64,000 nt of DNA from Vulcanimicrobiota bacterium (lineage in GTDB: Bacteria > Vulcanimicrobiota > Vulcanimicrobiia > Eremiobacterales > Eremiobacteraceae), in assembly GCA_963812135.1 (NCBI GenBank), contig CAWETU010000001.1, forward strand, positions 1,856,001 through 1,920,000, written 5' to 3'. This document shows positions 60,334-64,000 of the stretch, piece by piece. The notes beneath the pieces were generated by a model, which was not told the origin of the DNA, ran no database searches, and saw only the letters and a list, made by a program, of their open reading frames with translations. Every line of letters begins with the position of its first letter. The first letter of the stretch is position 1. A program made the translations under genes and the position numbers.

Positions 60334-60886
60334 GCGCCGAATCCTCCGGGTACGGATCGATCACCGGCAGACGCGGCGCGTCTTTCGGGTACGTGTCCGG
60401 GTTCTTCGCCTCCCAGATGAGCGCTCGCGACACCATGTACTCGAAATTGTCGTACGCGGTCGGCCCCCGTTTGCGGCGGATGATCGCGATCACGGGCATC
60501 ATCCTGTTCCAGGCTGCGGTTGCCGTCCAACCCCCGCTCTCCATGAAGGCCCGTTCCTCGAAGGAGCCCAACTTGAACATCCCGCCAAGCGACTCCCAGA
60601 AGTCGATATAGTTGATTTCCGGATACGCGACGCGATCGATCGGCTGGCGCATCAACCCCGCGCGGTACGCAGGGTCCTCAAGCTTCTTCTCGATCTCGCC
60701 GCTGAAGACGTACGCTTGCAGCTTCCTCGCTTCGGGGCCGGCCCATTTGTCGAAAAGGCCCAGCGTGGCGTTAATCTGATTGCCCGAGCGCATGTGCCGC
60801 AGCTGGATGACCGCCGCGATCGCTGACGCCGCGATCACAACGAGCGTGCCGAAGGTCGAAAGTGCGGAAAGTTCTTCCCAGCTCAT
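60323..60886 (-). CDS. Membrane-anchored hypothetical protein, DUF4760-like paralog 4
   Basis: SAIAAVIQLRHMRSGNQ, FWESLG, YDNFEYMV, YPKDAPRLP. Confidence 0.85.
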   Translation of the reverse strand: MSWEELSALSTFGTLVVIAASAIAAVIQLRHMRSGNQINATLGLFDKWAGPEARKLQAYVFSGEIEKKLEDPAYRAGLMRQPIDRVAYPEINYIDFWESLGGMFKLGSFEERAFMESGGWTATAAWNRMMPVIAIIRRKRGPTAYDNFEYMVSRALIWEAKNPDTYPKDAPRLPVIDPYPEDSAHDA

Positions 60887-61470
60887 CCTTGAGCCTCACC
60901 GACCGTCGCGCGGCCCTCCGCGGCGGTCGCGGCGCCGACATCCGGCAGCGGTAGCCGCTGCATGGTCGACGGGAACGAGCCCTGCGGATGGCGCCGCGTG
61001 AACTCCCTCCCGCGCGCGGCGAGGTATTCGAAGTTCTCCCAGAGCGCGGGGCCGCGCGCCCGGCGCATCAAAGCGACCGGCACGCCGAGGCGATCCCAAT
61101 CGTTACTCACCACCCCCGACGCGAGGTCGAGAAACGGATCCTCCTGGATGAGGCCGTGTTTGACCATGGTGCCGACCTGCTCCCACCAGGTGATGATTCG
61201 AACCTCGGGATGAACCGACCAGTCATTGGCCGCTGTGTCCAGCGATTGCGAATAGCCCGGTTCTTGTACTCGTTTGGCGAGCTCTACCCGCACGTAATGG
61301 GCAGCCGCGCGCATCGCGTCATCATCCCACATCTCGTTGAGCTTGAGCATCGCCTGCAATTGATTGCTCGCCTGTAGATGCCGCAGCTGGACGAGGGCTG
61401 CGATCGCAGTCGCCGTGATGACCACGAACGTGCCGACTGCGGCCAGCGTGTTGATCGTCTCTATCGGCAT
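60883..61470 (-). CDS. Membrane-anchored hypothetical protein, DUF4760-like paralog 5
   Basis: ATG 61470; TAIAALVQLRHLQASNQ, WWEQVG, WENFEYLA, FPSTMQRLP. Confidence 0.85.
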   Translation of the reverse strand: MPIETINTLAAVGTFVVITATAIAALVQLRHLQASNQLQAMLKLNEMWDDDAMRAAAHYVRVELAKRVQEPGYSQSLDTAANDWSVHPEVRIITWWEQVGTMVKHGLIQEDPFLDLASGVVSNDWDRLGVPVALMRRARGPALWENFEYLAARGREFTRRHPQGSFPSTMQRLPLPDVGAATAAEGRATVGEAQG

Positions 61471-61491
61471 CAGCGCCCTCATCAAGAGAAT

Positions 61492-61567
61492 GGCCTCGAG
61501 CATTCGCTCGAGGCCTTCACCCGAGCTGTCGCTCGGGTCCTACCTTCAGCCGTGGCTGGGGTCCCAC
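61492..61567 (-). repeat. REP class B cluster downstream of clpC
   Basis: GTGG-GACCCCAGC..., GTAG-GACCCGAGC-GACA-GCTCGGGT, GGCCTCGAGC-GAAT-GCTCGAGGCC. Confidence 0.8.
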
Positions 61568-61570
61568 ATG

Positions 61571-64000
61571 CTAGTTGTTTGCGGGACCTGTCTCCGTCGG
61601 TTCGGGCACCGGTGGTTTGAGCGGCTCGCCGATCTTGCGGAACGTCGACTTGCCCTCTTCAGCGTCGAGCAAGATGTGGTCGCCGACCTTGAACGTGCCG
61701 CGCAGCAGCTCTTCGGACAGCGGGTCTTCGACTAGCCGGCCGATCGCGCGCCGCAGCGGGCGGGCGCCGAACGCCGGATCCCAACCCTCTTTGGCGATCA
61801 GCTCGCGCGCCGCTTCGGTCGCTTCGAGCGTCATGTGCTGGTTCTCCAGCTCCTTGACGACCTTGGCGAGCTCGAGCGTGACGATCTGCTTGATCTGGTC
61901 CATGTCGAGCGAGTGGAAGACCACGACTTCGTCGACGCGGTTGAGGAACTCCGGCCGGAAGATGTGTTTGATCTCTTCCAGTATCTTGTTCTTCATGCGC
62001 TCGTAGCGCACCGCCGACGAGCCTTCTTCCTTCACCGGCCGGAAACCGATGTCGCTGCTCTTCTGCAGTCCCATCGCGCCGATGTTGCTCGTCATGATGA
62101 TGACCGTGTTTTTGAAGTCGACCGCGCGGCCTTGCGAGTCGGTGAGCCGGCCGTCTTCGAGCACCTGCAGCAGCAGGTTGAACACGTCCGGATGCGCCTT
62201 CTCGATCTCGTCGAGCAGCACGACCGCGTAGGGGCGACGGCGCACCGCTTCGGTGAGCTGTCCGCCTTCTTCGTAGCCGACGTAGCCGGGCGGCGCGCCG
62301 ACCAGCCGCGAGACCGAATATTTCTCCATGTACTCGGACATGTCGATGCGGATCATCGAATCGGCGTCGTCGAACATGAACTCGGCAAGTGTGCGAGCGA
62401 GCTCGGTCTTGCCGACGCCGGTCGGACCCAAGAAGATGAACGAGCCGATCGGCCGCTTCGGATTCTTCAAGCCAGCCCGGGCGCGCCGGATGGCGCGCGA
62501 GATGACTTTGATCGCTTCGTCTTGGCCGATGATGCGCTTGTGCAACGCTTGGTCCATGTTGAGCAGCTTGGAGGTCTCTTCTTCTTTGAGCCTGCTGACC
62601 GGAATGCGCGTCCAGGTTGAGACGATGTGCGCGATCTCCTCGGGGCCGACCGTGTTGGTCTTCTCGCCCTTGGCGTTGCGCTTCTCGATCCACTCGGCTT
62701 CCATGGTCGCCTTCTTGGCGCGCATCTTCTCCTCGCGGTCGCGGATCTGCGCCGCGCGCTCGAATTCTTGCGCCTTGATGGCGGCTTCTTTCTCAGCCTT
62801 GACCTTGCGGATCTCGGTCTCGACCTCGCGGATCTCCGGCGGCAACGAGGTTGATTGCAGCCGCACGCGCGATGCCGCTTCGTCCATCAGGTCGACGGCT
62901 TTGTCGGGCAGGAAGCGATCGGAGATGTAGCGCGCCGACAGCCGTGCCGCGGCTTCGAGCGCTTCATCTGAGATCTTGACGCGATGGTGCGCTTCGTAGC
63001 GGTCGCGCAGGCCCTTGAGGATCTCGACGGTCTCGTCGATCGACGGCTCGCCGACCATGATCGATTGGAAGCGGCGCTCGAGCGCTGAATCCTTCTCGAT
63101 GTGCTTGCGGAACTCGTTGAGCGTCGTCGCGCCGATGCACTGCAGCTCGCCGCGTGCGAGCGCCGGTTTGATGATGTTGCTCGCGTCGATCGCGCCTTCG
63201 GCGGCACCCGCCCCGACGAGCGTGTGGAGCTCGTCGATGAACAGGATGATCTCGCCGCTCGCGCCGCGGATCTCATCCATGACGCGCTTCATGCGCTCTT
63301 CGAACTCGCCGCGATACTTCGTGCCGGCCACCAGGCCCGCAAGATCGAGCGTGATGACGCGTTTGTCGCGCAGCAGCTCGGGCACGTCGCCGTTGATGAC
63401 GCGCTGTGCCAAGCCTTCGGCGATCGCCGTCTTGCCGACGCCGGGCTCACCGATGAGCGCCGGGTTGTTCTTGGTGCGCCGCGAGAGGATCTGCACGACG
63501 CGTTCGATCTCGGTGTTGCGGCCGATGACCGGATCGAGCTTGCCCTCGCGGGCGAGCTGCGTGAGGTCGCGGCCGTACGCGTCGAGCGTCGGCGTCTTGC
63601 TCTTGCCTTTGGACGCGGTCTGCGTCTGCGTCTCGGCGCCCAGCAACGAGGTCGTCTGCACGCGCACTTTGGCGGGGTCGACGCCCAGGTTGGTGAGCAC
63701 GCGCGCGGCAACGCCTTCGCCTTCGCGGATCAAGCCGAGCAGCAAATGCTCCGTGCCGATGTAGTTGTGGTTGAGCTGGCGCGCTTCTTCAAAAGCCAGT
63801 TCGATGACGCGCTTGGCCCTGGGGGTGAACACCATCTCCTGTTGCACGGTCTGGCCGCCGCGCCCGACGATCGCCTCGACTTCGGCCCGAACCTTCGCCA
63901 GGTTGACTCCTAAAGTTTCCAACACTTTGGCGGCAAGGCTCTCGCCTTCGCTGATGATGCCGAGCAGGATGTGTTCCGTTCCGATGTAGTTGTTGCCGAG
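61571..64000 (-). CDS. clpC: ATP-dependent Clp protease ATP-binding subunit ClpC (5' end outside the window)
   Basis: Clp-N repeats [19 protein letters not shown] coiled coil, [24 protein letters not shown]. Confidence 0.96.
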   Translation of the reverse strand, partial: LGNNYIGTEHILLGIISEGESLAAKVLETLGVNLAKVRAEVEAIVGRGGQTVQQEMVFTPRAKRVIELAFEEARQLNHNYIGTEHLLLGLIREGEGVAARVLTNLGVDPAKVRVQTTSLLGAETQTQTASKGKSKTPTLDAYGRDLTQLAREGKLDPVIGRNTEIERVVQILSRRTKNNPALIGEPGVGKTAIAEGLAQRVINGDVPELLRDKRVITLDLAGLVAGTKYRGEFEERMKRVMDEIRGASGEIILFIDELHTLVGAGAAEGAIDASNIIKPALARGELQCIGATTLNEFRKHIEKDSALERRFQSIMVGEPSIDETVEILKGLRDRYEAHHRVKISDEALEAAARLSARYISDRFLPDKAVDLMDEAASRVRLQSTSLPPEIREVETEIRKVKAEKEAAIKAQEFERAAQIRDREEKMRAKKATMEAEWIEKRNAKGEKTNTVGPEEIAHIVSTWTRIPVSRLKEEETSKLLNMDQALHKRIIGQDEAIKVISRAIRRARAGLKNPKRPIGSFIFLGPTGVGKTELARTLAEFMFDDADSMIRIDMSEYMEKYSVSRLVGAPPGYVGYEEGGQLTEAVRRRPYAVVLLDEIEKAHPDVFNLLLQVLEDGRLTDSQGRAVDFKNTVIIMTSNIGAMGLQKSSDIGFRPVKEEGSSAVRYERMKNKILEEIKHIFRPEFLNRVDEVVVFHSLDMDQIKQIVTLELAKVVKELENQHMTLEATEAARELIAKEGWDPAFGARPLRRAIGRLVEDPLSEELLRGTFKVGDHILLDAEEGKSTFRKIGEPLKPPVPEPTETGPANN

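Noticed and set aside
14219..61567. CRISPR array from the recurring palindromes
   Set aside because: Copies are dispersed rather than regularly spaced, and there are no cas genes.

Overview
GC-rich bacterial chromosomal segment, mostly housekeeping genes, with no integrase, transposase, prophage or CRISPR array visible. It combines Bacillota-like gene order (yacL-ispD-ispF-gltX-cysE-cysS-rlmB-sigH; PASTA-rpe-rpmB-DAK2-plsX-degV; cmk-plsC-ispH; clpC) with a TonB-receptor-like outer-membrane protein. This suggests a diderm Terrabacteria lineage such as Eremiobacterota/WPS-2 (inference only). Other contents: a MacAB-type ABC exporter, a KamA-family radical SAM enzyme with an Lrp regulator, tRNA-Thr(UGU), His degradation genes (hutH, hutU, ftcD, hutI), Leu/3-methylcrotonyl-CoA degradation genes, a PPi-type PFK, and a double GT-C glycosyltransferase with a DPM1-like partner. 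Best find: an unannotated 29-codon leader ORF ending Ser-Cys-Cys-Cys-stop (18023-18112) between gltX and cysE. Its Leu-Ser-Cys codons are complementary to the cysE Shine-Dalgarno region, making it a candidate cysteine-sensing translational attenuator where Bacillota have a T-box. Also notable: two GTAG-type REP families, some copies in-frame inside genes or supplying stop codons; five paralogs of an uncharacterised membrane-anchored family; a SigB/SigF-type promoter before an orphan anti-sigma gene; and about 10 frameshifts confined to 41.9-59.3 kb, probably assembly errors.
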